From NCBI RefSeq assembly GCF_000341395.1, contig NC_020304.1:2220001-2252000 (forward strand): a stretch of DNA of 32,000 nt. The letters run 5' to 3'. A program made the translations under genes and the position numbers. Below are positions 1 through 8,828 of this stretch, in pieces (position 1 is the stretch's first letter; each line of letters opens with the position of its first letter). Under the pieces are notes generated by a model. That model had not been told where the DNA came from. It saw nothing but the letters and a program-made list of their open reading frames with translations, and did no database searches. The DNA comes from Desulfocapsa sulfexigens DSM 10523. Lineage in GTDB: Bacteria; Desulfobacterota; Desulfobulbia; Desulfobulbales; Desulfocapsaceae.

Positions 1-3000
1 CCATCCTCGTTGAAAAGGAGGTGAAGGATGTCAAAGTCGGCAAGCTCTGCCAAGGTATCCATCCAGTGACGAATAACGGGAAAGGTTTTATACAGCTCTT
101 TTCCCATTTGTGGATAATGCGTTCCCTGACCGGAAAAAACAAGGCTAAGGGGCAAGCTTCCTGTCTCTTCGGCTACTGTTATGCCAAGCTCTGTCAGTTC
201 TTTTTTCTGTTTGAATGTCAGTTTTGCCAGATTCTGTTTATAGGGCTCCAGTATTTTTTCGAGGGCAGAGTTCTTATTTTTATTATCAATGGCTCCGATC
301 CTGAATGTCTGGTTGTTGGATTCTGTTTTGAAGAAGGCAACGCCTACAGATGGTGAAGGGGCAATTGTGTCTGTCAGAATGTGCGGTGCCTGGCTGTTGT
401 CTCTGGTGCTGTTTTCAACCTGAACTACGTAGTTTGCACCACCAAAGCCGAATGCATTTACCTCAAAACGTCTTGCTCTCTCAAGGGGTTGTGGCCATGG
501 TTCCGCTTCCTTGCAAACATGGAACCCGGCCTCTTCCAGGCCTATGTCAGGATCTGGTGTATGGTAATTGAGCGTGGGAGGAAAGGTTCCGGCATGCATC
601 GCGCAAATACCACGAATAAGGCTACTGACTCCAGAAGCTCCCAGTGTATGACCGATTTGAGATTTGAAGGAGGAGAGTACAACAGAGCTGTTGGGCGGGT
701 AGATTTGTTTGAGAGCATTGACTTCTTCCCGATCTCCCATATGAGTACCTGTTGCGTGGCATTCAACCATGTCGACCTGCTCTGGGCCATAGCCAGCATC
801 TTCAAAGGAAGTGCTGATGGCAATTTTTTGTGTTTCTGCTACAGATTCAACCATCCCAAGGTGATTGTTGCTGGCTCCTACACCGGTAATATAGGCAAGG
901 ATTGGAGCACCCCTTTTCCGGGCAACGGATTCACGCTCCAAAACAATCATTCCGCCTCCCTCACCAAGAACCATACCACTGCGTTCGCTGTCGAAAGGAC
1001 GGGAATAGGCAGATGGGGATTCGTTGCTATAGCCTTTTCCCGCCAAAGCTCCCAGGGCGGAAAATTCAAGAAATGATCCTTGGCTGAGCAATTCTTCACC
1101 ACCGCCAATGATGGCTGCATCCAGAACCCCAGTCCGCATTAAATGAACAGCATTATAAAGTGCCGTGAGGCTTGAGGCGCAGGCAGAGGTGACAGAGAAA
1201 CTCGGACCATTAAATCCGTATTTGTTACAGATAAAGCCCGCTGCCGCGCAATTGAGACGGCCCAGGAGTGTCGTGTCATCTATTTCAAGATGACCAGTCC
1301 TGATAGTCTGTTCCAGCGAATCACTCTGGTCCGGGGAGAGATCGCACGATTGTCGGATAGTATCAGCAATTGTTTTGGCTGCCGTATATATGGTAAGGTC
1401 TGCAGTGGTGGAGCCAAATTCGCCGGCATTTTGTGAGACGAGTACTCCTATACGGTGGCGGGGGATATCAGAATCCAAAAGCGTTGAGTCGTGAATTGCT
1501 TTGTAGGCAAGCCACAGTGTAAGTTTTGTGGAGGCGGTCATGGTCCGGAAATCATGGGGTGGAATACCCAGTTCTTTTCGCGCAATGTTAAGGGATAAAA
1601 AAGCGCCTACCTTACAGTATGTTTTACCTTTGGTGCTGGAATTTTCTTTAAAAATATCCCTGTGATCCCATTTTTCAGCAGGTATTTCGCTGATGCCGCT
1701 TTTTTTTGCCAGACATGCCTGCCAGATTTCTTCTGGACTGTTACCCAGGGAATTTGCAGCGGCCATTCCAGTGATGGCAATACGCTCCCTGACGTTTTTT
1801 CTATTGCTGGACGGTAGTGATGTTTCCTGTGCGGAAGAATTCTGCAATATTGCTTTGAATTGATTTTCTGCCAATAATTGGTGGATTTTTGCAACGGGGA
1901 GGATCTCCTGCAGATCTCCGGCGATTGAGCCACTCATATACTGTCCTTCCTGGTAGCAAACATCTGGGGAAAGAGGGTGGCCGCTTTTTGGGTGCTGGTT
2001 TCGAGCTGCAACAAGCAGGCTTCCGATACTGGTTTCTTCGAGTTGGCGCCTGATGGCAGCCTCATTGCTCGTCTGCTTGTGAATTGCTTTTTCCAGAGAA
2101 CGAATTTTTGTTGTTTTGGGGGAGGAAAGGGAACGGACGCGCAGCCCAACGGACTCTCCTGTGAGTATGGTGTCACCAAAAGAAGATTTGAGCAGTGTCT
2201 GCTGGTAGAGTTTGCTCAATGCGCCAGAGGCGACAATTTCTCGGGAAGAGAGATAAAGTGTGCCCATTTGCACCCCATCTGCCCCTAAAAAGGCTGCCCG
2301 AGCAAGTGAATTGGTATTGTAAATACCGCCGGCCAGAACGAGAAAATTTCCACTGTTTGTGTCTGTGGATTGGTGCCTTAGTTCGAGGGCAGCTTGAGCA
2401 AGGGTCAAGGTCGAGTGTACTCCAACATGGCCTCCAGCCTCCTGACCTTCACATATTACAATGCTGATATTATTGTTCCAGGCCAGTCGCAGCAGTTCGA
2501 TGTCGGAGGTAACATAGATAACCGTAATACCCTTTTGCTGCAAACGTGCTGCGTGGGCTGGATCACCTGCAGAAATAACGACAAAGGGAGGCTTGTTTTT
2601 TTCAAGCCAGGCTAGTTGTTCCGTGCGATAGGGATTTTCGGGAAGGGTGATGACATTGATGGCGTATGGATGTCCCTGGAGAGTCTGTTTCAGGGTGGCG
2701 AGATCCTGTTCAATTTCTTTGATTGATTTAATACCAAGGGCAATGGTTGGCAGTCCGCCTGCCTGGGCAATGGAAAGTGCAAATTCCGGAACATCGCTGA
2801 TGCAGGCCATGGCCCCCTGGATAAAGGGATATTGAACTCCAAGTACCCCGGTCAGTTTACCTTTCAGCATTTCGGGAATGGCTCTATCCACATCGGCATA
2901 GAGTCGGGCAGTTTCTGATGCGAAATTGGAAATGGCAGTGGAGGTTTCCTGACCAAAACGCTTGATAAATGAATCGGCAAAAGCAGCCTCGGGCCCTAAG

Positions 3001-3863
3001 GGTACGAGTTGACTTCCATCAAAATCGCTATCAAGGGGGAGGACAGTTTTTGAAGAAATAGCAGTTGTCAATGCACTGGAGGGGGTGGTGTCACCGTCTT
3101 TGTTGTTTAATAATTGCCTGAGTTCTTTGACTGCTGAGGCATTACCCTTGTCAAACACTCTGAAAAATAGATTTTTTCCGAGTTCTATGGAGGAGGTGTG
3201 GTCTATTCGTAACTGTGAAATTTTTTTTGAAAGAGGGGCGTTTGGGCCAACCATTTTGTCGGTGAGCCAGTGGAGACTTTCAAAAACAATTCGAGAAACT
3301 CCGCTCGCGAGGCAGGCGGCTGCTCCCTCTGGAGTAGCGATACCACCCCAAACATGAATTGCGGGTGTGGAAGAGTGTTTTTTTGAGAGTACTTCCAGAT
3401 GTGAGAGAAGTGTTAAGAGCGTTTCCGAGCTGACAAAACCAGATGATTCTGAGCCTTTAATGGCCAGGCCAGAGACCTGAGAGGGGTTTTCAAAACAGGC
3501 GTGAATGACTGGCAGGTCACCGGTGATTATATTGCAGGTGAGGGAATCATGGATTGCTATCTGTTCAAGAAAAGCGTCAAAGGCACGGGATGATACCTGC
3601 GGAAAGTATTCGACCCAGATGGTTTTCGTTTGAATGGCTTCCAGTAATGCTGTCACTTTCGTTGAAAAAAACTGCTCCAGAGAAAGTTTCAGTTCTACTC
3701 CCTGCAAGTCGGGCGTGTCGTGGGTGAGTTGGTCAACGGAGAGTTCTGATACATCCAGAATGATCTGTAGCCTGTTTTTTTGAACGAGTTGTGAAACAGG
3801 AGGTGTGAAATATTGTGGATGCCAAACATAAGAAAGTGATTTTGTAGTCAGTTCGTTCGACAT
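1..3863 (-). CDS. Multidomain type I fatty-acid/polyketide-like synthase, 5' part (partial; continues beyond window start): degenerate NPD-like barrel + NPD/enoyl-reductase-like barrel + ketosynthase + start of acyltransferase
   Basis: Manual reverse-complement translation from ATG at 3861-3863 stays open to base 1 (about 1287 codons) and begins MSNELTTKSLSYVWHPQYFTPP. Motifs: VICEGQEAGGHVG and LAGGIYNTNSLARAAFLGADGVQMGTLYL (NPD family); VTSACASSLTAL with Cys at 1179-1181, ECHATGTHMGD with His at 756-758, and KSQIGHTLGASG with His at 648-650 (complete KS Cys-His-His set); VFSGQGTHYPQMGKELYKTFP near 85-140 (acyltransferase N-terminus). Not in the ORF track, presumably because the stop is outside the window. 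Confidence 0.93.
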   Translation of the reverse strand, partial: MSNELTTKSLSYVWHPQYFTPPVSQLVQKNRLQIILDVSELSVDQLTHDTPDLQGVELKLSLEQFFSTKVTALLEAIQTKTIWVEYFPQVSSRAFDAFLEQIAIHDSLTCNIITGDLPVIHACFENPSQVSGLAIKGSESSGFVSSETLLTLLSHLEVLSKKHSSTPAIHVWGGIATPEGAAACLASGVSRIVFESLHWLTDKMVGPNAPLSKKISQLRIDHTSSIELGKNLFFRVFDKGNASAVKELRQLLNNKDGDTTPSSALTTAISSKTVLPLDSDFDGSQLVPLGPEAAFADSFIKRFGQETSTAISNFASETARLYADVDRAIPEMLKGKLTGVLGVQYPFIQGAMACISDVPEFALSIAQAGGLPTIALGIKSIKEIEQDLATLKQTLQGHPYAINVITLPENPYRTEQLAWLEKNKPPFVVISAGDPAHAARLQQKGITVIYVTSDIELLRLAWNNNISIVICEGQEAGGHVGVHSTLTLAQAALELRHQSTDTNSGNFLVLAGGIYNTNSLARAAFLGADGVQMGTLYLSSREIVASGALSKLYQQTLLKSSFGDTILTGESVGLRVRSLSSPKTTKIRSLEKAIHKQTSNEAAIRRQLEETSIGSLLVAARNQHPKSGHPLSPDVCYQEGQYMSGSIAGDLQEILPVAKIHQLLAENQFKAILQNSSAQETSLPSSNRKNVRERIAITGMAAANSLGNSPEEIWQACLAKKSGISEIPAEKWDHRDIFKENSSTKGKTYCKVGAFLSLNIARKELGIPPHDFRTMTASTKLTLWLAYKAIHDSTLLDSDIPRHRIGVLVSQNAGEFGSTTADLTIYTAAKTIADTIRQSCDLSPDQSDSLEQTIRTGHLEIDDTTLLGRLNCAAAGFICNKYGFNGPSFSVTSACASSLTALYNAVHLMRTGVLDAAIIGGGEELLSQGSFLEFSALGALAGKGYSNESPSAYSRPFDSERSGMVLGEGGGMIVLERESVARKRGAPILAYITGVGASNNHLGMVESVAETQKIAISTSFEDAGYGPEQVDMVECHATGTHMGDREEVNALKQIYPPNSSVVLSSFKSQIGHTLGASGVSSLIRGICAMHAGTFPPTLNYHTPDPDIGLEEAGFHVCKEAEPWPQPLERARRFEVNAFGFGGANYVVQVENSTRDNSQAPHILTDTIAPSPSVGVAFFKTESNNQTFRIGAIDNKNKNSALEKILEPYKQNLAKLTFKQKKELTELGITVAEETGSLPLSLVFSGQGTHYPQMGKELYKTFPVIRHWMDTLAELADFDILHLLFNED

Positions 3864-4306
3864 TATGGGTAAACTCCGAAGATGTGTTGGTCTGTTCTTG
3901 ATCCAGATAGTAACATGTAATAAATTTGTTTTTTCCGTCGTAGATTATTTCTTCAAAAAGAACTTCAGTTTGAAGTGGAAATATTTCTAACTATATAAAA
4001 AGAATAAATTAAATTAACATGAAGAAGGAACTGTTTTCAAGCAATAGATATTGTATAATCCAGGTTTGAAAGAAAAAAAATAATATGCCTTCCGGGCAAT
4101 ATTTTGTTACCTGTTGTTTTCTATAGTAAATTTTGAGAATAATCGTTTTCCAAAATAGGAGTATTGTCGTTTCTGAAGTGAAGTGATTTGCATCAGTTTG
4201 TGCGACTGAACGCAGGTAGGAACAGTAATTTTCAGAGAATGCAGGGAGTGGTCGCAGGTGCTTCCCTGACAAAGTGCTTTTTTTTACAGGAACCGTGGAC
4301 GTTTAG

Positions 4307-5359
4307 ATGACAAACATATTATATGGTGTTCATGGGATTGGTCATGGGCACGCCATTAGAGCACTTACCATTGCCAGTTCTTTTCCGCAGCACAATTTTC
4401 TCTTTATAAGCGACGGTGACGGATATAATATGCTGCAATCAGAACATAAGGTGTTCAGGTTGTCGGTCAATGGGAGTCCTGCCTTCCATCACAGCATGCC
4501 ATATTCTGGAGCTGTTTCTTCATATTGTAAAAATATTCTTGCCGGTAAGCAGGGAAGAAAAGAAGCATTGCAGGCCGTGGAATTATTTAAGCCTGACGTG
4601 GCCATTACCGATTACGAGTCGAATGTCCCCTGGCTCTGTCGTAAAACAGGCTTACCCTGCCTGTCTCTCGATCATCAGCATATTGCCAGATTCGGTTCCC
4701 TGAGTCTCCCACTGACCAGAACAGTGGATCTTGCTTTACTCCGCATCGCCATATGGATGCAATTTCATGAGCTACGGAACCACATGATTATTTCTTTTTT
4801 TGATCCCCCGTTACGGTCGAAAAGGCGGGTGAAAGTTTTTCCTCCGATTCTCAGGCAAAAAGTCCTCGACCGGGTTTCTACAGAAGGTGAGCATGTCCTT
4901 GCGTATCATGGATATTCAACGACGTCAGATTTCCACCGTTTTCTTTTATCCCTACCCCACCCGGTCCGCTGCTATGGTATGAATGAGGACAGAGTGGTCG
5001 CAAATGTAACGTACAGGAAAAAATCTACAGATCATTTTCTTGATGACCTTGCCTCCTGTCGATATGTCTTGAGTACAGCGGGACACACCTTGCTTTCCGA
5101 GGCTCTTTATTATGGGAAACCAGTGATGGCTTTTCCCATACGTAATGCCTGTGAACAGTATATCAACGGTTATTATCTGGAGAAAAATGGATATGGGATA
5201 ATGAATGATGCTTTCCGGCCATCATCTGATATCCTGGATGGTTTTGAGAAAAACTTGGAGAATTATAAAAAGAATATCCAAAAAACTTGTTTTTGTGGCA
5301 ACGAGAAGGTTACTGCTGTTCTGAAACATTATTTTGATACCAAAGAATATATTGTGTGA
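4307..5359 (+). CDS. GT-B glycosyltransferase, UGT/MurG-like
   Basis: 350 aa. N-terminal ILYGVHGIGHGHAIRALTIA and C-terminal STAGHTLLSEALYYGKPVMAFPI...EQYINGYYLEKNGYG, typical of GT28/GT1-like nucleotide-sugar binding regions. Confidence 0.75.
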   Translation: MTNILYGVHGIGHGHAIRALTIASSFPQHNFLFISDGDGYNMLQSEHKVFRLSVNGSPAFHHSMPYSGAVSSYCKNILAGKQGRKEALQAVELFKPDVAITDYESNVPWLCRKTGLPCLSLDHQHIARFGSLSLPLTRTVDLALLRIAIWMQFHELRNHMIISFFDPPLRSKRRVKVFPPILRQKVLDRVSTEGEHVLAYHGYSTTSDFHRFLLSLPHPVRCYGMNEDRVVANVTYRKKSTDHFLDDLASCRYVLSTAGHTLLSEALYYGKPVMAFPIRNACEQYINGYYLEKNGYGIMNDAFRPSSDILDGFEKNLENYKKNIQKTCFCGNEKVTAVLKHYFDTKEYIV

Positions 5360-5411
5360 ACTTGTTGAAAACAATCATCGTCCATCTTTTTTTCTGCGGT
5401 ATGGTTAAAGT

Positions 5412-8400
5412 ATGAGTTATTTAAAAAAAATGTTTCGTACTTTGGAGAATATCGTTTTTGCGTATAATCGGGAAGGAAAAGCTGTACTGGAAATCCCTCT
5501 GTTTGATGCAGCGTACTATCGTAAGCAATTCCCTGGGAAACGTGGATCAGATCTGAACCTTTTGCGTCATTATCTTATCAGAGGATTTATGCAGGGGGAT
5601 AATCCGCATCCTCTGTTCAATACCTCGTTTTATCTAAAAAGCAATCCGGATTTGGCTGAATCAGGAACGAATCCACTTATCCATTATCTCCACCGTGGAT
5701 ATCGAGAAAGAAGATCACCTCATATCCTATTCGATATATCCTATTACCTGGAGCATAATCCAGATGTAGAAAAGGCCGGTGTTGATCCTCTGATTCATTA
5801 TCTCACGCGTGGTTACAAAGAAAGAAGGATGCCCCATTTCTTATTCGATGTGTCCTATTATCTGAAAAATAATCCGGATATAGAGAAGGCAGGCATTGAC
5901 CCTCTGACCCACTACATTCAATACGGCTATAAAGAAAAAAGAGATCCCCACCCTTTATTCAGTACCTCATTTTATCTTGAGAATAATCCTAATGTGGAAG
6001 CGTCAGGAAAGAACCCATTGGTTCATTATCTTCAATATGGCTGTAAAGAACAAAGATCCCCTCATTCTCTTTTTGATACCCCTTATTATATTGAAAGCAA
6101 CCCAGATTTGAAGAATGCTGGTATCGATCCTCTGAAACACTATCTCAGCCTTGGTTATAGGGAAAAGAGGAATCCCCATCCCCTCTTTAACACGTTCTTT
6201 TATTGTTACCGATATAAAGACAAACTTGCCGATGGGCAGAATCCACTTGTGCATTTCTGTGTGTATGGGTTGACGGAAAAAACTGATCCTCATCCACTTT
6301 TCAATACAGCGTATTATTTGCAGTTTAATCCGGAAGCTATTGCCTCTGGAATGAACCCCCTGGTGCATTTTCTTGCGAATGGATACAGACAGGGAGAGGC
6401 TTTTTATACGTATAAAAAGCGTCCCAAAAGAGAAATAAAAACAATCTTCATTGTGTCCTGTTGGATTCCTAAATTTAATCATGATTCAGGATCATTACGG
6501 CTGTATCGTTTGATTCAGATGCTTGCGGAAGATGGATATGAAATAGTTTTATGGGCACGATCAGGGCCCGGGGATGAGCAATACGTCGAAGCTTTGAAAG
6601 AACTCAAAGTAACACTTCCCTATCGGGAAAATGGATTTACGAACTATTTGGATGAAAAAGGCGCCTCTGTTGATTTGGTCATGCTTTGTCGATTACCAGT
6701 GGCCAGTCAATATCTTGATATTGTTCTTACTCTGACAGATGCGAGGATTGTTTTTGATACGGTTGACCTTGCCTATTTACGAGAGGAAAGAATGGCACAG
6801 ACTCTGGGGCAACAGGTTGATCAGACTATCAAGGCCAAAGAACTTCATGTTTGTCGTTGTGTTGATGAGGTTGTTGTTGTCAGCCCGGTAGAGAAAGAAA
6901 TCCTTAAGGTCGAAGGCATTGAGGAGAATGTGTCAATTGTGACCAATATTCACGACTTAAGTTCTCCTGGCAGATCATTTAAAGAAAGAGTGGGGTTGAT
7001 GTTTATCGGCGGTTTTGAGCATCAGCCCAATGTTGATGGTATTCTCTGGTTTGTACAAAAGATATGGCCGATGATACAGGAACAAATTTCAGACATTCAT
7101 CTGGACATTGTCGGCAGCAATCCTCCCGATACAATCCTGGCGCTGGTTTCTCCCGATATTAATGTCACTGGATATGTGTTGGATGTGAAACCATATTTTG
7201 ATAAGGCCAGGGTGTTTGTCAGCCCCTTGCGCTTTGGTGCAGGAGTCAAGGGGAAAATCGGGCAAAGTATGGCCTTCGGGCTTCCCGTGGTCACGACATC
7301 CACAGGGGCGGAAGGGATGTATCTTGAAGACGGTGTCAGTGCAATGATTGGAGATGAAGAAGAGCTGTTTGCACAAAAGGTAATACGCCTCTATCGGGAT
7401 GAAGGGTTGTGGCGGACCCTTTCCCGGAATGCAGGGGGGCTGATCGAACATCATTTTACGACCGAGGTCGTTAAAAAGGCTCTATTGGAAGTGATCGAGA
7501 GTGATAGGGGCAACGAGACGCTGGAACAAAGAGAAAATGAAAAAATCGATACCCTTTTGCAAAATCTTCATTTTACCACTACGGATCTTCCCCTTGTCTC
7601 CATCATCATCCCAACATATGGACAGGTTTATTATACACTGAAGTGCTTGTCTTCAATTATGGAAAATCTCCCTGAGGCTGAGGTGGAGATCATTGTTATC
7701 GATGATGCATCGGGGCATACTCGAATAAAAGATCTGGCGCGAGTGCCTGGGATCCAGCTGCTCGTTCAAGAGGAAAATCTAGGTTTTGTCGGTTCTGTCA
7801 ATAATGGTGCCCGGCAGGCTCGTGGGGATTTCCTGTACTTCCTGAATAATGATACTCAAGTCACTAAGGGGTGGCTGGACAGTATGGTGGCTCTGTTTGA
7901 GGTTCATGTAGATTGTGCAATTGTCGGCTCAAAGCTTGTTTATCCCGATGGTCGCCTCCAGGAGGCTGGAGGCATTATCTGGCAGGATGGGGCAGCATGG
8001 AATTACGGACACTCGGATGATCCTGACAGCCCTCTATATAATTATGTCAAAGAAGTTGATTATGTTTCCGGGGCCTCGTTGTTGATAAAAAAACAACTAT
8101 TTGATTCATTGGGCGGGATGAATCCGGACTATTCACCAGCCTATTATGAGGATGTAGATCTTGCATTCTCGGCTCGGGCAGCCGGTGGAAAAGTCTACTA
8201 TCAACCAGCATCCATGGTGGTACATTATGAAGGAATATCACATGGAACCGATACGAGCCTGGGGATAAAGGCGTATCAGAACAGTAATCAGGCAACTTTC
8301 GTCAAAAACTGGCAGGAGATACTTGCGGCTGAACATTTTGCACATGGTAGCAATGTTTTTCATGCCAGGGATCGGAGCCGTCATCGTCAAACTGTATTGC

Positions 8401-8798
8401 TTGTAGATCAATCAATTTCTTCTCCATATGATGCAATACAGACGAATATAATCTGGTATATTATACAGTTGCTGGTAGAGTTGAGTATGAATGTGAAGTA
8501 TTTCTCCTGTAATAGTAAAAGAGAGCAAACAGATTTCGACGCGTTACAGAGACTTGGTGTTGAAATAATTTGTGATGCTGAGGATAAAGATGGGTTAAGG
8601 AAGTGGATTCGGGATCATGGATCTTTGCTGGATGTGATTGTATGTCCATCTGATTTCGAGAAAAAGGAAATTCACGGATATGATCTTGACCTGAATGTAA
8701 GGATTGTTCCTTTTTGTTTGTTTGGGGAGCAGAGGGTAAACGGCAAAGCTGATCTTCTTCAAATTCTTAATAATTGTTCGGACGCTGGACCTGCATAA
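5412..8798 (+). CDS. Large multidomain glycosyltransferase: N-terminal 38-aa tandem repeats, GT4 domain, GT2 domain, degenerate GT4-N-like C-terminal segment
   Basis: 1128 aa. Repeats of the form PLFxTxYYLxxNPDxxxxGxxPLxHYLxxGYxEKRxPH; KTIFIVSCWIPKFNHDSGSLRLYRL...GGFEHQPNVDG...FGLPVVTTSTGAEGM (GT4); PLVSIIIPTYGQVYYTLKCLSSI...FLNNDTQVTKGWL (GT2). Confidence 0.9.
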   Translation: MSYLKKMFRTLENIVFAYNREGKAVLEIPLFDAAYYRKQFPGKRGSDLNLLRHYLIRGFMQGDNPHPLFNTSFYLKSNPDLAESGTNPLIHYLHRGYRERRSPHILFDISYYLEHNPDVEKAGVDPLIHYLTRGYKERRMPHFLFDVSYYLKNNPDIEKAGIDPLTHYIQYGYKEKRDPHPLFSTSFYLENNPNVEASGKNPLVHYLQYGCKEQRSPHSLFDTPYYIESNPDLKNAGIDPLKHYLSLGYREKRNPHPLFNTFFYCYRYKDKLADGQNPLVHFCVYGLTEKTDPHPLFNTAYYLQFNPEAIASGMNPLVHFLANGYRQGEAFYTYKKRPKREIKTIFIVSCWIPKFNHDSGSLRLYRLIQMLAEDGYEIVLWARSGPGDEQYVEALKELKVTLPYRENGFTNYLDEKGASVDLVMLCRLPVASQYLDIVLTLTDARIVFDTVDLAYLREERMAQTLGQQVDQTIKAKELHVCRCVDEVVVVSPVEKEILKVEGIEENVSIVTNIHDLSSPGRSFKERVGLMFIGGFEHQPNVDGILWFVQKIWPMIQEQISDIHLDIVGSNPPDTILALVSPDINVTGYVLDVKPYFDKARVFVSPLRFGAGVKGKIGQSMAFGLPVVTTSTGAEGMYLEDGVSAMIGDEEELFAQKVIRLYRDEGLWRTLSRNAGGLIEHHFTTEVVKKALLEVIESDRGNETLEQRENEKIDTLLQNLHFTTTDLPLVSIIIPTYGQVYYTLKCLSSIMENLPEAEVEIIVIDDASGHTRIKDLARVPGIQLLVQEENLGFVGSVNNGARQARGDFLYFLNNDTQVTKGWLDSMVALFEVHVDCAIVGSKLVYPDGRLQEAGGIIWQDGAAWNYGHSDDPDSPLYNYVKEVDYVSGASLLIKKQLFDSLGGMNPDYSPAYYEDVDLAFSARAAGGKVYYQPASMVVHYEGISHGTDTSLGIKAYQNSNQATFVKNWQEILAAEHFAHGSNVFHARDRSRHRQTVLLVDQSISSPYDAIQTNIIWYIIQLLVELSMNVKYFSCNSKREQTDFDALQRLGVEIICDAEDKDGLRKWIRDHGSLLDVIVCPSDFEKKEIHGYDLDLNVRIVPFCLFGEQRVNGKADLLQILNNCSDAGPA
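5496..6404 (+). repeat. Eight in-frame tandem repeats with a 38-aa (114-bp) period within the large glycosyltransferase
   Basis: Units start at aa 29, 67, 105, 143, 181, 219, 257 and 295 with no indels between starts (e.g. PLFNTSFYLKSNPDLAESGTNPLIHYLHRGYRERRSPH / ILFDISYYLEHNPDVEKAGVDPLIHYLTRGYKERRMPH). The first and seventh are diverged, and the eighth is slightly truncated at its end. Confidence 0.93.
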
Positions 8799-8828
8799 AT
8801 TCAGTCACTGACCGAGGAGTAAACAACT

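Noticed and set aside
21-1087. Plus-strand ORFs 21..356, 350..571, 381..1076 and 902..1087, and minus ORF 542..823
   Set aside because: They lie in other frames across the ketosynthase/acyltransferase coding sequence, whose catalytic motifs are intact on the minus strand; the predicted peptides have no recognisable family features.
1607-3357. ORFs 1607..1933 -, 1934..2179 -, 1977..2288 +, 2195..2467 +, 2394..2615 +, 2647..2835 + and 3085..3357 +
   Set aside because: All are out of frame with, or antisense to, the long NPD/KS open frame; considered shadow ORFs.
4009-4272. 87-aa minus ORF in the divergent intergenic region
   Set aside because: Sequence is aromatic/low-complexity (ILLFWKTIILKIYYRKQQ...) with no family resemblance; AT-rich intergenic explanation preferred.
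5496-6404. Possible CRISPR or DNA-level satellite based on the regular 114-bp spacing
   Set aside because: Periodicity is at the protein level with diverged codons and no identical repeats separated by unique spacers; it is a coding tandem repeat.
6003-6482. 159-aa minus-strand ORF with internally repetitive peptide
   Set aside because: Its periodicity is the antisense image of the 38-aa repeats of the plus-strand glycosyltransferase.
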